A stretch of 62,753 nucleotides of DNA, filler included, from Choristocarpus tenellus KU-1152 (GCA_964200185.2; 7 parts of 7 records of this genome joined end to end with filler, not necessarily neighbours in it); one strand, 5' to 3'. Shown: positions 38,680-51,187, numbered from the whole stretch's first letter. Numbers and translations are program-made. The notes: generated by a model from the letters alone, not told the origin.

Positions 38680-38779
38680 NNNNNNNNNNNNNNNNNNNNN
38701 NNNNNNNNNNNNNNNNNNNNNNNTTAATTAATTAANNNNNNNNNNNNNNNNNNNNNNNNNNNNNNNNNNNNNNNNNNNN
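38680..38779. other. Artificial contig linker
   Basis: N44-TTAATTAATTAA-N44. Confidence 0.97.
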
Positions 38780-39330
38780 GGAGTGATCAAAGTCACTTTC
38801 ACTAAGGATCCTTGGGAGGGGGGGGGGGAGTGGGGCAGACACACACACACACACACACTCGTAAATTTTTGTAATGATCTATTTATGCCACTGTAGAGTA
38901 GCACAGATTTTTGCGGTAAATACATTTAAATCAGTGAAGCGACTATTCCGCCTTCCATAAAATATAAAACATGTTGAGGTCGGTATTTCGAAAAACACTA
39001 GGGGTGTCGTCGGTAACTGCGGAATGTTTTCTTTTTGAATTTTAATGATCTATTTGAAATCTTCTTGCCGAGGAAGGTCTTCTCAACTCTACTGCTTGAG
39101 TCTTTGCAAAATAAAAGTGAAGCAGGGGACCGTTTGTGTATTTTATTGTTTTTATTCCTCTGAGTAACTGTTCGATTGCACCCAAAAGGATTGGGTAGTT
39201 AGTTAGGTAGCTGGGACCCAAAGTGTTCAGGAGGGTAGGAGTCTTGCCCTGTTTGTTCGTTTGGGGCTTGGGCTTCCCACAGTTTTTTTATTTCCCTTTT
39301 TTTTTTTTTTTTTTTTGAACACAGTCGCCT

Positions 39331-39465
39331 AAAATGTATCCGACCGTGAAAGTTGTGTCCGGAACAAGGATATTGACACACTTGCTAACAAACACGATAG
39401 CCAAAATTCAATCAGTCACACATTGGATTTTTGGTCCCAAATGGACGCGGCCCTACCCTCTTAAA
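39331..39465 (+). repeat. Dispersed repeat, copy 2 (homologous to 5284-5418)
   Basis: Same conserved blocks as the copy at 5284. Confidence 0.8.
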
Positions 39466-40908
39466 TGCTCTGACTCTGGGCGTACGGGTCCCCTCTTGTA
39501 CTACACCTTTTTTACTTTTTTTCCTCTGTGTATACCTTTTTACGACACAGGTTTGGGACCCTCTCCTCAGGACAATATAATGCAAAGAATAGTTAATAGT
39601 AGTAAAAATAAATATTAATTCACACTATGAAGGACCTGGCAGTTTTTGTTTTTCCTTCCCTTTTAAAAAAAAAACTGAGCTTCTTCCCAGACGCGCGCGC
39701 GCGCACGGTTAACGGGACGGATGGATTCTCTCCTTTTTTTTTCTAGGATTTTCTCCGGCAGTTGGCAGAAAAATATCCCATCAAGGAACCCCGGGTGGAC
39801 CCGAGCAAAGTTCACTGGACACCTCTAGTGACATCCGCAAAGGAGAAGGATAAGTTCCACATAAAAAACAAGGTGAGAGAGAAGAAACAATGAGAAAGGA
39901 GGAAAGGGGAGGATTGGAAAAATAAATATATATATATATATACTGTTACGTTTAAAAATGGTGTTGGTTTATTTGACTGTTCTGTTATTTTTGAAGATTC
40001 AGTCAAATCACGGTGAATCACGGTGAATTGGAACCGAAAAATTGATGGGGGGTAATGAATCTTCTATGTGCTTTTTTGTTTAAAGAGTGCTCTCTGGACA
40101 GCACTAAGCTGATCGTGGTGCAATAGTGTAGTGATGGAGTGTGTGTATGTGTGTGTGTAAATGATGTCAAAAATATTTTTTTTGAACTTTTTTGGTTCGC
40201 AATGACCGGCGACCAATGAGATAGGAGCAGACGCTTGTATGCCTTGCAAGTTATGTGGAAAACCATTTGGGGGGGCGTGCTGTAGTGTCTGTGGTTTATT
40301 GTAGAAGGCGCTGAAGAAATGGTACGTGTGATAAATTTACTATTAACTGATAAATTTACTCATGTTACTATTACCTGTAGTGGCTATAGGTAGCACCTTT
40401 TCTCATTCTACTTTTGTCAAGGTGATCAAAAGTTAAGAGGGTAAATTAATGTCAAAAACGATTTCTGTGCCTTGTCTGCTCTAGCACTCTAATAATAGTG
40501 CAGGAATTTGAGGCTTTCGACCTCGTTAATGGGGGGGGTCTCCAATCCACATGCTCCAATCCCGATTTGTTTTTTTTTGCTATCAAGGTTTTGAGTGCTG
40601 GCTGTACTGATGTCAAGAGCACTCTGCTGTTGCCAGTCACTGCTTTGAGTATTGGCTCCTTTGTTACACACAAGAACACTATTTTCGTGCTGTTTCATGT
40701 CAAGTGGATCCTATTGAATTGGGTCGATACCCCCACTCCCACCTTTTTTTTCTGTGGACGTTGCAGGTACCACCAAGGACTGACCCTGTGGAGGAAGAGT
40801 AGTCCCTAAGGGGAGGTAGTGCATGTTTTTTGTTGCAGTTGTTCAACATGCAAGAGCCAACCAAATCCAGTGTCAGTTTGAAGTGTTGCCGCAGGGGAGG
40901 AATGAACC

Positions 40909-41089
40909 TGGCTCAAAGTATCTGGGGGGGGTGGCAGCTGTCCATTTAAGGTCCACTTTTCCATGTCGCGATTTTTGTGTGATTTGGTTGCATGCGTTGG
41001 ATGGATAATATAAGTGCACTTTTCCTAGTCAGGGCCTGAATAGACACCCTGGTGTAGACCCCCCCCCCCCTCCCAGATACTTCGAGCCA
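40909..41089. mobile_element. ~180-bp MITE with TIR GG(C/G)TCAAAGTATCTGGG followed by a G-run
   Basis: TGGCTCAAAGTATCTGGG at 40909 and CCCAGATACTTCGAGCCA ending at 41089. The same terminus recurs at ~38623, at 51188-51205, and in degenerate form at ~23318. Confidence 0.75.
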
Positions 41090-44000
41090 CTTGTGGTTGC
41101 TTTGCTTTGCCTGTAGACTCTTTGTGGCCCAAGTCGGGAAGTACAGGGGCAGCATGGTAGAAGCACCTCCAAATTGCATGTCCTGTATGTAGTGTAAGGA
41201 GTCATGAAGACTGTTGTTAACTCCATGTCTTCACCCCCCTGTGATTGTGGAGAGTCCTTCATCAGAGACAATTTAGAGGCGGAAAGATCGTTGTTGTTGA
41301 AGTGTTCTTGTACGGCATGGCGTCCAGGACCCCCAACTCTCCCAACAACCATTTTGGTTCAACCAATATGTGTGTGAGTGTGTGTGCATGGTGAGCACAC
41401 ATATGCCCACCAAGAAGCCCAACCAGTCACCCTCACTGCTTGGACGCAGGCTGATTGTGTCTCTTCTTGTCATGGAAAACGAAATGCCCTCTCTTTGCTT
41501 TAGTGTATGTGAAGAGCTGGTTGTGACTCTTTTGTCTACCATGTCATTCAGATGGCGGAACTCTGATGTGGTGGTGATGAGTATGCTCTACAGTAGGGCT
41601 TGTGTTTATGAGTATTTTGAAGTGTGTGTAGTTGATGATAGGTGATACATGTTGTTGTTGTTACTATGGAGTCTGGTGGTTGTAGGGAGGGGGTGTGTTG
41701 TAGTGTTTTTGTTATTTGTTTCTGCCTGTGCTTAGTGTTGTGTCACTGGTCGCTGTGTTGTTGTGCTGGTTTTGTTAGGTTGTTTTATGGCGCTTGTTTC
41801 GGGAGGAGTTACTGACTTCTGATTGGTGTACATTCTGTTTATGAGGTGGAGGTTCATCCAGGCCGTTCCATACTTGGAGGTGACGTAGTGGGCTGTTATT
41901 ACCATCATTCATTTGTCGACGTAATAAGAACAGTCATACCTCCTGTTGGGTAGGACCAACTTACAACTGTAATACGTAAGTGTTAATATCGATGGTAACA
42001 TAGGGTATGGAATTAATAGTACTAGTAGTAGTGCCGACAATTAACTAATTAATTGAGACTACTTGGAATTATTTTCCTTTGTATTGGTATAATATTGCGT
42101 TTGTTTTTGTTGTTTTGTACAGGGGGAGGAGATGGACACGCTGATTAATCGCGCTGGGTGCATGTGATGCTTCTTGGGATACAGTAGTGTAAGGATTGAT
42201 GGCAACGGATACATTTACAGTGTGTCCTTTTGACAGAGTTTAGGTCTTCGTGACACGTATTTAAGATGTCAGAGAGCATAGTAATATAAATACAATGGTC
42301 CAAGTACCTGCTCTACCTAACTATAGAATATACATCCATGCGTATTCGTTACACACTTGGTATATACAGTGGCTTACCGTTGTTTCCGTACTCTTACATA
42401 CTCCAGGAATATTTGCTGCCTCTGGTGATACCAATGTGCATTTCATGTGGGTTTTTTTGTTCCTTCAGTTTATCGTCTGTGATGGTTTTTTTTTATTCCG
42501 TTCAAGGTAAGGTCTGAAAAGGAACATGAATATTCCATAGATTACGGATACAAATAATAAGAGGATTGGACAAGAAGGGTAGCCAAACAAAACCCAGTCG
42601 GGCAATACGCATCAGCACCCAGTAGGTGGGACAAGGCTCCCTTCATTTCTTCAGCATCCGCAAGGTCCTATGGATATAAGAAAGGTATTTAGTACCGCAT
42701 CCGGTCCATCCAATCCAAACAACACTGCTTACTCATCACATGATATCACACAGAAAAAGGAAAGGGTGGCGCAAAAAGAATGATGAACCCAAAGGAAAGA
42801 AGATGAACGAGAAAGTGCAATATTCAGCAGGTAGTGATGGTGAGTGCGCATATACCCTGAGCTGCTTAATTGGCTGTTGTTGACATGACGTGTGTCAGTT
42901 ATCACAGGTTCCCTAGCATGCCGCTTGTCCATGAAGCTCCTTTGTTTCGTCAGCCCCAAACACACACACGCATACCCCCTGTCTGTACTAGTTTCTTGCC
43001 CTTGTACTCCGTCCCTCAACCACGGTCCCAATCTTTTTCAAGGCATCATCTTCGAGATAAATTCTCCTGTAACACTTCTCCTGTTCACCTTGCTTCTGCT
43101 TTTTTCCAAACATCAACTAATGCCTATGGTAGTCACCCACCCCCCAAGCATGAAACTGAACCTACCAGACAGAAGTCTCTGTTTTCACGCAATCACCTCG
43201 ATACTGTCACACCCAGAAATGTTCTGATAAGGGCATCTCTGTATGATAGTGTGTACGATGTAACTGTGAATATGAAATGTGCATATGAATGTGCACTAAG
43301 TATTACTACTACCATGGAAGTATGTCTTACGTATGTACTCCATGTATACTTGTTTATATATTTGTGGATGGATAGAAATATGGATGAATGATGTGCATGC
43401 GTATATGCGATATTACTACCACATCAAGAGATTGGGATAACTTGAAGAAACAAGTAGGCAGGTAATGCAATAGGTAAAGAAGCTCCGCTCTTCATGCACA
43501 TTATGCAAATGCAGTGCAACACCTATTTTACCCCCTACCATATCAAACAACCCAATGCTACAGAATATAACGCACTAAAAATAAAGCACAACAGAAAGCA
43601 GGCATGCCATTGCTGCTGAACAAATCCCTACCCTGTCACGCACTGCTTCTTACACCAGTCACAGGTAGCACTTGTTTGGAGTGGAATATCGCCAGGCACA
43701 GAAAATATAGTGGGTATCACTGATCTCAATGCAAAAAATCACCAGTCACTGAGTTACAAGTTGCCATCCCAGCAAAGCAAGGGTTCTCTTCAGCTCCAAG
43801 ACCACACACACAGGCTCATACAGTCCTCCTTTCCACATATTCCCACTATTTTTCAGTTATTTTCTACTGCATGCATATATACATCACCTGATCTATGAAC
43901 CTACCTGGTAAACACACGCCATGTACGTATGAAAAAAAATAATAGTACCATTTTAGTACCGGCATTTCCCCACAAATTGCCTACCAATCCACTCCATGTG

Positions 44001-44906
44001 CTGTATTGTATCACTTAGGACTTCCACTCCTCCCTATCAACTATGGGTGATCAAATATGTGCATACTCCGGTTGAGCAAGTATTGCCAGAGCTATCTATG
44101 CTCCATATAACATGTAACACAGGAAAAAAAATGAAGCAAGGCACAAGAGCTTAATTATCAAGTACTTCCACACATTAAAGTATTCCATACATTCAGTAGT
44201 ACATCAACCCGCTTCCACACACATGAGTATAAATATGTTGAAACAAGTATAAACAGAGCTCCTCTCCCATCATCATCATTTGGTGGTTTCAAAGGGCCCC
44301 TCCTTGACGCAGCCAGCTCTGTGGTACAACTCAAAAGATCTGTGACTACTCCTTGGCAGCAAATATAGCAACAGATACCTACCCTTACCTTATACACGCT
44401 CTTGAATCAAACAAACATATAGCAATCTTAACAAAAAATGCTTCCAATTCAAACACAACCTAAGCAAACTAAAGTGTCCAAACAACCACCACATCACAAC
44501 AGGAACGAGCCCTTTTCCTCCCCCTTTAATGCCTACACCTAATGACTGTAAACCAGCACGCCCCAAACCATTCCTAAAATTACGCACAAGAAAAATCCCC
44601 TCAGAAGAGGAGCCAACTGACACTGCCACATGGCAACATTCACTCCCCCCTCATACACTACTGACAACTACTTGTAGGGGTGCAGAAGGGCAGCATCCAA
44701 TGTACAACCTGAGACCCAGGCAATGCACTGCTCAATTCATCATCCCCATCATTCTTGACCCCACACAGAGATTAAAAACACACACACACACACGCACACA
44801 CACACGCACGCAAGTCACTCTCCCATTGACCGAACAACTAACTCCCCTAAATCTCCCACGCCCATCTATGCATCAACCCCAACAGCCTCCGCCTCCCCCC
44901 CCCCCC

Positions 44907-44938
<32 letters not shown>

Positions 44939-44954
44939 ACCACCCCCCCCCCCC

Positions 44955-45054
44955 NNNNNNNNNNNNNNNNNNNNNNNNNNNNNNNNNNNNNNNNNNNNTT
45001 AATTAATTAANNNNNNNNNNNNNNNNNNNNNNNNNNNNNNNNNNNNNNNNNNNN
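44955..45054. other. Artificial contig linker
   Basis: N44-TTAATTAATTAA-N44. Confidence 0.97.
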
Positions 45055-47635
45055 TTTTTTAAGACCGTTTTCGCAAAACAACCATCCTCGTAGTCCCGCT
45101 CCATCCCCAATTTTGAAAATCCTCTGTTACTGGTTGTACACCTAACTGCACTATCCTATTTGTCGCTATACGACAAAGACAAGGGGAACCGGAAACAAGT
45201 TGGCAATTCATTATTGCGGAGCATTGTCAAGGCAGGTCGTCAAGTTGATTCGAGGAAGGAGGCGGAGGTACAAGAGGTGGGAGAGCTCAACCCAACACAT
45301 GATAGGCAAGTCATGAACACAGGTAGTGTAATTAGTTGTAGCGCAACAGTCATCGTACTGTATTTAGTATGGGAAGTAGTTCAGTCAGTGTGTTCCGACT
45401 TAAAATGGGAAGGGATAGTCCACACACTAAAGCCAGCACAAAATGACAATAAAAACTAATTCCTGTTGCCGTCACTGTACTCCACAACAAGTTCTCTCCA
45501 TATATTTAAAAAAAAACATAAAAAAACAAGAGTGAGATCATCGCTTTAAGCTGGTCTACTCTATATTGCACATATGCTCTCAAATGCTGGGGCTGGCGCA
45601 AAGATTATTAAGAAATGTTTCTTGTAATACTTTTGATCAAGGTGGTTCCAATAAAATTGACCCAAATTTGTGGAAATCGTTAATGCACAGAAAGGTAAAA
45701 AATAAAAAATCTTACAAGCACTTCATGTACTTACGTCATGAATACCTCCAACGAGATACATCTGCTCTGTTTCGTGCACTGGCTCTAACCAGCTCTACAC
45801 AATTGCACCTCATCCACAGTCTTCTACATAATGGCACTGCTCCCACTCGAAAGAAAATTTCTTTTTACCTTGTGAAGCGCTGGCAGCTTGCAGCAAACCT
45901 GGTTCAACCAGTAACTGTAGGGAAACCGTAGCCTATGTGTTGGTTGACGTGAGTAAAATCTCCAAGTTCCACACAGAGGGGGTGACTAAGCAAGTCAACG
46001 CACCTAGGGTCATACTTCGAGCACATGGTACTCAAGAGCAGATAGAACACCCAAGGAAGGGAAAAGGTCGTGGTGCTTCCAAGACAAACAGCCTACAGAT
46101 GAATGCTGGGATGCTTGTTCTGTCCCCAAACAGTCCCGCTCTCTTATTTTACTGACATTTATCAGTGATGTAATAATCATCCTTGCCCAAGTACAAAAAG
46201 AGGTACAACCATTAAAGGACGTTTAAGGAGGGAGTAGTGGAGAAGTAGCAAGCACCTTGCCATTGCTCAAGCAGTTCCCAACTTGGTGGTCCATCTACTA
46301 TGATACTAGCCAGACCCTCGGTCAAATATGAGCACAACAGAAAAAAAATGTTGAAACTGTCTCGTGCTCTGGGCTGCCAGCAATTGACAAAAAAATTAAT
46401 GGACATGCAGTGCCGTTAGCTACTGCACCTAAAGATGAGCGCCTTGGGAATGGCCAATAGCATTCAGACAATGTCAAGGTGCTCAAGAAGCACAGTATTT
46501 ACCAAACGATGCAAAATATAGCCTGTCAAGCCCCAAATCTTGTAGGGACCTCCATTAAACGATGGGGCACTGAATTTTTCCATCTTCCACCTACAAGCAG
46601 GACAAAGAGTACAAGAGATGGGCCGTGTATGCAGGGGGGGAGAGTTGAGCTATGGTGTTCAATGAAGTTGTGGCGAGACCAAAGGGCGCAATATTGCATA
46701 CAACATCGTCCTTCAAGTATAAACCGCACTCCAAATATGAAAGCGTTATACCGTATCATTATTCAGAGCAAAAAGAAAACCCACACGAATGAGAGAGCAT
46801 TAACGGCACACTATACAAGTACTGAAGAGGCAGCACTGTAATCCTCTCTGTGGGGTAGTCACACAGGAGACTGACTGAACAACGCATACTACATTGGGAG
46901 TTGGCAACGGCAACCTGGTGCGTACTTACTGGAGCAGTCAGACTCGAAAGACTCAACAACACCTGGCATACATGGTTGTTCCTAGAGACTTTTTGTAGAC
47001 TCATGAGTGTATCCATTGACCTACACGGCACAGCTCTATGTTATGGAGTTCAGTGGACAGATACATTGCGAGTGTCAACGCCTCAAAATAGCATCAACCC
47101 AATAGCCAAGTAGTTATTGTGCGCGAACCTCCTACACCTGCAATAAACAGGTTGCAAATGTCCAGTGCGACAAAGCTGCTGGAGCTACCCATACGACCAG
47201 GGTTGTGAAGGCACATACATGTGTTTTCTTACAAAATGGCAACCTAATTGTGATACCCTGCAAAGTTCATCCACTAGCAACTAACCGGCCCATGTCTCCA
47301 TCGATTCAAAAACATGCGACTCATCAACACTTCCTGCAATTTTTTCCATTGATGGGGCATAGGTTGGAAAAAAGAAAGAGCTCCAAAAAAATAAAAAGAT
47401 GACCAAGACACAGAATAACTTGCAGGCAGGACATACCTGTCCTGCTCTAGGAGGCGTTTTAGAGGAATAGTAAAACAGTGTGAGACCTGGACGAGGGGGA
47501 GGGAGGGGAGTGTGTGTGACTCAGGCAGGGTGATTTCAGTTATAATATTATATTTTTTGTATATTAACTATCACACTTTTGTAGTCTCATGGAACAGGGC
47601 CTGTAGTGAGAAGGTAGAAAAAGAAAGAAAAAGAA

Positions 47636-47676
<41 letters not shown>

Positions 47677-48238
47677 GATTGAATGTAACATACGTATTAA
47701 GATCAAGAAAAGGAGCACCGACTATAAAAAGAAAAAAGAGGGGGTTAGTAGTTAGTATGGAGGTAGTCATGGAAAGAAAAGGTTAGGGTTAGGGTTAGGT
47801 CACCCAGGCAACACCCTCTCTCGGGTGGTTGGAAATGAAAATGCAAGGATGAGGTTGTGAGGATCGGGGGGGGGGGGGAGCTCACAAGGTACTTCAGGTA
47901 CACTTCAAAGCTCTTAATCACTAAACGCAACTCGACTGCTGGGCAGAACACAGCTATAGAAACCCGCTCACTCTTCTGTGTGGCCTTTGATGTTATGATG
48001 CAATGATAGTCAGTACACAAGGAGACTGACTATATTCCAAAACAAAAAACGGAGTGCTCAACTGCAAGGCTATGAAGTTGAGACTGGCATCGTGCCTTTG
48101 TGTGGACCATCTCCAATAATACATTCCTCTGTTACTCCTGATTTTGTTTTTTAAGTTGAACCAAGCACAGGCGTGAGTCCTGGCACAGACCCCCCATGTG
48201 GTCCACCTCTCATGCCCGTTCACAACAGAACTGACCCA

Positions 48239-48870
48239 AAGGGTGTCATAACAGTACTACCAGACTCTATGATGCCTCTAGATAATGGTACGCGCGTATT
48301 GATGCTGTCATAGGTAGTACTACACTCTTCAAGAGAGGAACAGCTGGTCAGATCATGGAGTGCTACACCAGTTCCAAGAGTATGGAGGGTGATCCTATAG
48401 TCATCTCTGACCATGTGGTCACAGAGAGGATTGACACTACACCTTCTGTTATAATCGATAACATACCCTCTTGTCACTGTAACGGCCGGGAGGTGTCAGC
48501 ACATGTAGGGAAGATAAGGCTTCTCCAGTCATGTCACATGAGTTTCGATAGGCATCAGCTCACCAGGTACCGTATGAGGATGGACTCTAAGGCACCTAGG
48601 TCTGGTAGGTTGTCTGGTGGAGATGTCAATCTGAGTGAGATGGACATACAGCAGATGGCAGGTAATGGTCTCAGACACACATTGGAGGAACTCCACTGTA
48701 AGGGGAACATGTCAGTAGTGGATGTATGTACAGGCTGTGGATGCATAGCTATGCTATGCGAGTGTGAAGGAGAGCATCCAACAAGGATATCAATGAGTTT
48801 ACCCAGAGATACCATACAGGCAATTACTAGGATGTTGGTTGCTGATGGGATATCTGTGTCTTTCAAGTAG
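48239..48870 (+). pseudogene. Intronless, highly divergent DNA-directed RNA polymerase second-largest subunit (RPB2/beta) C-terminal fragment; probable endogenous viral or plasmid element
   Basis: Removing one extra CG at ~48291 gives KGVITVLPDSMMPLDNGTRIDAVIGSTTLFKRGTAGQIMEC...VGKIRLLQSCHMSFDRHQ...SGRLSGGDVNLSEMDIQQMAGNGLRHTLEEL...VDVCTGCG..MLCEC...MSLPRD...MLVADGISVSFK*. This is collinear with the RPB2 motifs GQKG..DMP..PDIIIN..SRMTIGQLIE, HMVxDK, GRxxxGGxRxGEME, the clamp zinc ribbon CxxC...C and the C-terminal xPY..L.xxGI. Confidence 0.85.
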
Positions 48871-48997
48871 ATGTACCTTCTAAAACCCCAGTCATAGCCG
48901 TTACCACCCAACCTCTACAGTGAACCGTTATTCTACTCCTGGTCCTTAGAGATGCATTGTTAGGCACTCTAATGTAACCTCTGGTGTAACCATCAGG
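48863..48997 (-). CDS. Possible C-terminus of a convergent ORF overlapping the RPB2-like stop by 8 nt, cut upstream by the LTR element
   Basis: 44 stop-free codons, PDGYTRGYIRVPNNASLRTRSRITVHCRGWVVTAMTGVLEGTST*, run from the LTR edge to TGA at 48865-48863. Confidence 0.35.
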   Translation of the reverse strand, partial: PDGYTRGYIRVPNNASLRTRSRITVHCRGWVVTAMTGVLEGTST

Positions 48998-48999
48998 TG

Positions 49000-50781
49000 T
49001 GTCAAGATTATGCTTAACTAATTATAAGAATATTATTTGAAGTATTATTTTATGTACGCAAAGAAGATAATGTGGAACATTCGGGATATTTAGTCAGGGC
49101 ATTTGATCGGAAGGAATCGACGGACTATTAGAGTCGGAGCGTTTCTGATGGGTAATAGAGAAGAGTTGAGTCATTTGGTATTCTGAGTCTTTCAATGTTA
49201 GGATTGGTGAGCCCCACCTAGTACAGGTATCTCACTCTCTTCTCAACAGTGATACAAGCTAATAAACAATAATATAACTAGTTGTGTGGGACAACAGATC
49301 GTCAAGGACAGCTTAACATGCTATAGCACTCCAATTAAGCGTGCTTGCGTAGTTATTATACTTGGATTTTAGCTATCACCAGGAAGGAGTCAAGATAAAC
49401 CATGATACCCAGATCAAGAATCGACTCAAGTCTAAAATCCATTGATGAGGGAATGGATTAACTGACTATGACCCGGGAGGGGGGTGAGATACATGATGGG
49501 ACATCAGCTTCGCAAGGGGGCGAGGCTAGGGCTGGGGCTAGATATACGGTGGCCATGGGGGTTAGACCCGTATTCACTCCGAAATTAAAAATGTATTCCT
49601 CGAAATAACCTACGTTTAAGGGGGAACCAGGGACGTGGAAGAAATGGAGTAAAACGTTTCTTACGCACGCTCTCTCATCGGGATGGAGGGAGCCATTAGT
49701 TACAAAGGAGCATTTAAGGGTACTGTCGTTGGAGTATTCCCCGGCGGGCGTGGATCTGTATCTGCACCATGCGACGACGCTTGCTATCAATGGACTACAG
49801 GAGGCAACGGCAGGACCTGTGTTGGACATCGTGCTGATGTACGAGTCACCGAGTGAGGCGTTCGCCGCACTGGTGAAGAACTATGCCCTTTCAGGCCAGA
49901 CTGAGAGAAATCTGGCGAAAAGAAAATTGATGGACATGGTACTGGAACCTAGAGGAGATCCTGCGACCATTATTAACCGGCAGGAGGCTCTCATAATGGA
50001 GTTGAAGAGCTTGGGAGGTACCGTCTCTGAGGAAGATCGAGTGGGGTGGCTACAAAATTCACTCAGCGAAGGATATCTGGACATCATGTCACAGATTGAT
50101 GACGAAGAATCGGTGGAAGGAAGGAGCAAATTGGAAAGATTAGTCTTGAAACGATATAGACTTCGATCCATTCAAAGAGGATCGGACTCGGATGGGGTGA
50201 GAGCTGGCGCACTGGTGACTGGACGGCAATCCAGATGAAATGGTGGACAACCAAATTGTTGGGAATGTGGTGGACCTCACTTTCGGTCTAAGTGTCCTCT
50301 CATCAAGAGTCAGAAGGCGAGGGATGGGGGTATTACGTGTCTTGTATGCAGGAAAAAGGGTCATCAAAGCTTCGAATGCCCACAAAGAAAAGTGGGAGCG
50401 TCAAGGGGTCAGGAATCTTTGAACATCCAGAAGAAGAAAAATCGGATGGGGGGAAATGGTTCTAAGAATAAGGGAAGCGGACCAAAGTTGGATGGATCTG
50501 GTGATGTACAACCGAGACTGGCGGGGTTTTCAGTAACGAATCAAGTGCATTATCTTGCTAGTAAGGTAAAAACACTTCCTTTCAAGAGGCCATTATGGGT
50601 TGAGGTTTGGATTTGGGACAGTGGAGCCACACATAATTTAACGACGACCAATAAGAACAAGTTTAATTGGGAATCTTGTGTTGGAACAGTTGAAGTTGGC
50701 GGTGGTGGACCACTTAACATTGTGGGCAAGAGGGACATCCAATTGGAATGTGTTCTGAGTGGTAAACTGGAAACTGTGGTA
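49000..50781 (+). mobile_element. Ty1/copia LTR retrotransposon, 5' part: putative LTR 49000-49318 and gag-protease from 49468, with two nonsense codons
   Basis: TGTCAAG...CTTAACA termini. A single frame from ATG 49468 has TAA at 49606 and TGA at 50236. It contains a UBN2-type gag core (ELKSLGGTVSEEDRVGWLQNSLSEGY), zinc knuckles CWECGGPHFRSKC and CLVCRKKGHQSFEC, and the copia protease WIWDSGATHNLT...VEVGGG. Confidence 0.9.
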
Positions 50782-51087
50782 CAGTACCTATCCCGATTTT
50801 ATGCCAAATATTATGTACCAAAACCCATTTTGTACTGCTTTTTCGACATACTAAAAAAATAGGCTTTTGTACCGGAATTCTCGTATTCGGGCGACTTGGC
50901 ACAAAATCCCAGAGATATTCACGCGAGTTTCTCGCGAAAAGTGCATTTCTTCCTGAGTCATGACCACACAGCAGTACAGTACGTTGCTCGTAGGGAAATA
51001 AAGTGGAAGCCATGCCTTGTGCCGCGGGAAACCTCTGCAATATGCCTTCAAATACGCCGACTCCCCCTATCTACACAATCCACAAGT
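50782..51087. mobile_element. Probable DNA-transposon end inserted into the copia protease region
   Basis: Copia-like coding stops abruptly at TA|CAGTACCTATCCCG. A TA target followed by CAGT is typical of Tc1/mariner/pogo ends. The other end is not on this contig. Confidence 0.4.
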
Positions 51088-51187
51088 NNNNNNNNNNNNN
51101 NNNNNNNNNNNNNNNNNNNNNNNNNNNNNNNTTAATTAATTAANNNNNNNNNNNNNNNNNNNNNNNNNNNNNNNNNNNNNNNNNNNN
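51088..51187. other. Artificial contig linker
   Basis: N44-TTAATTAATTAA-N44. Confidence 0.97.

Noticed and set aside
40450-47200. Many short ORFs in contigs 4 and 5
   Set aside because: No motifs, spliceable structure or consistent frame; left unannotated.
384-50238. Genome-wide reassignment of UGA as a sense codon (GST 423, ORF 12856, gag 50236)
   Set aside because: NBR1 ends at TGA right after its UBA domain, other conserved exons contain no in-frame TGA, and the gag also has an in-frame TAA, which indicates ordinary decay.
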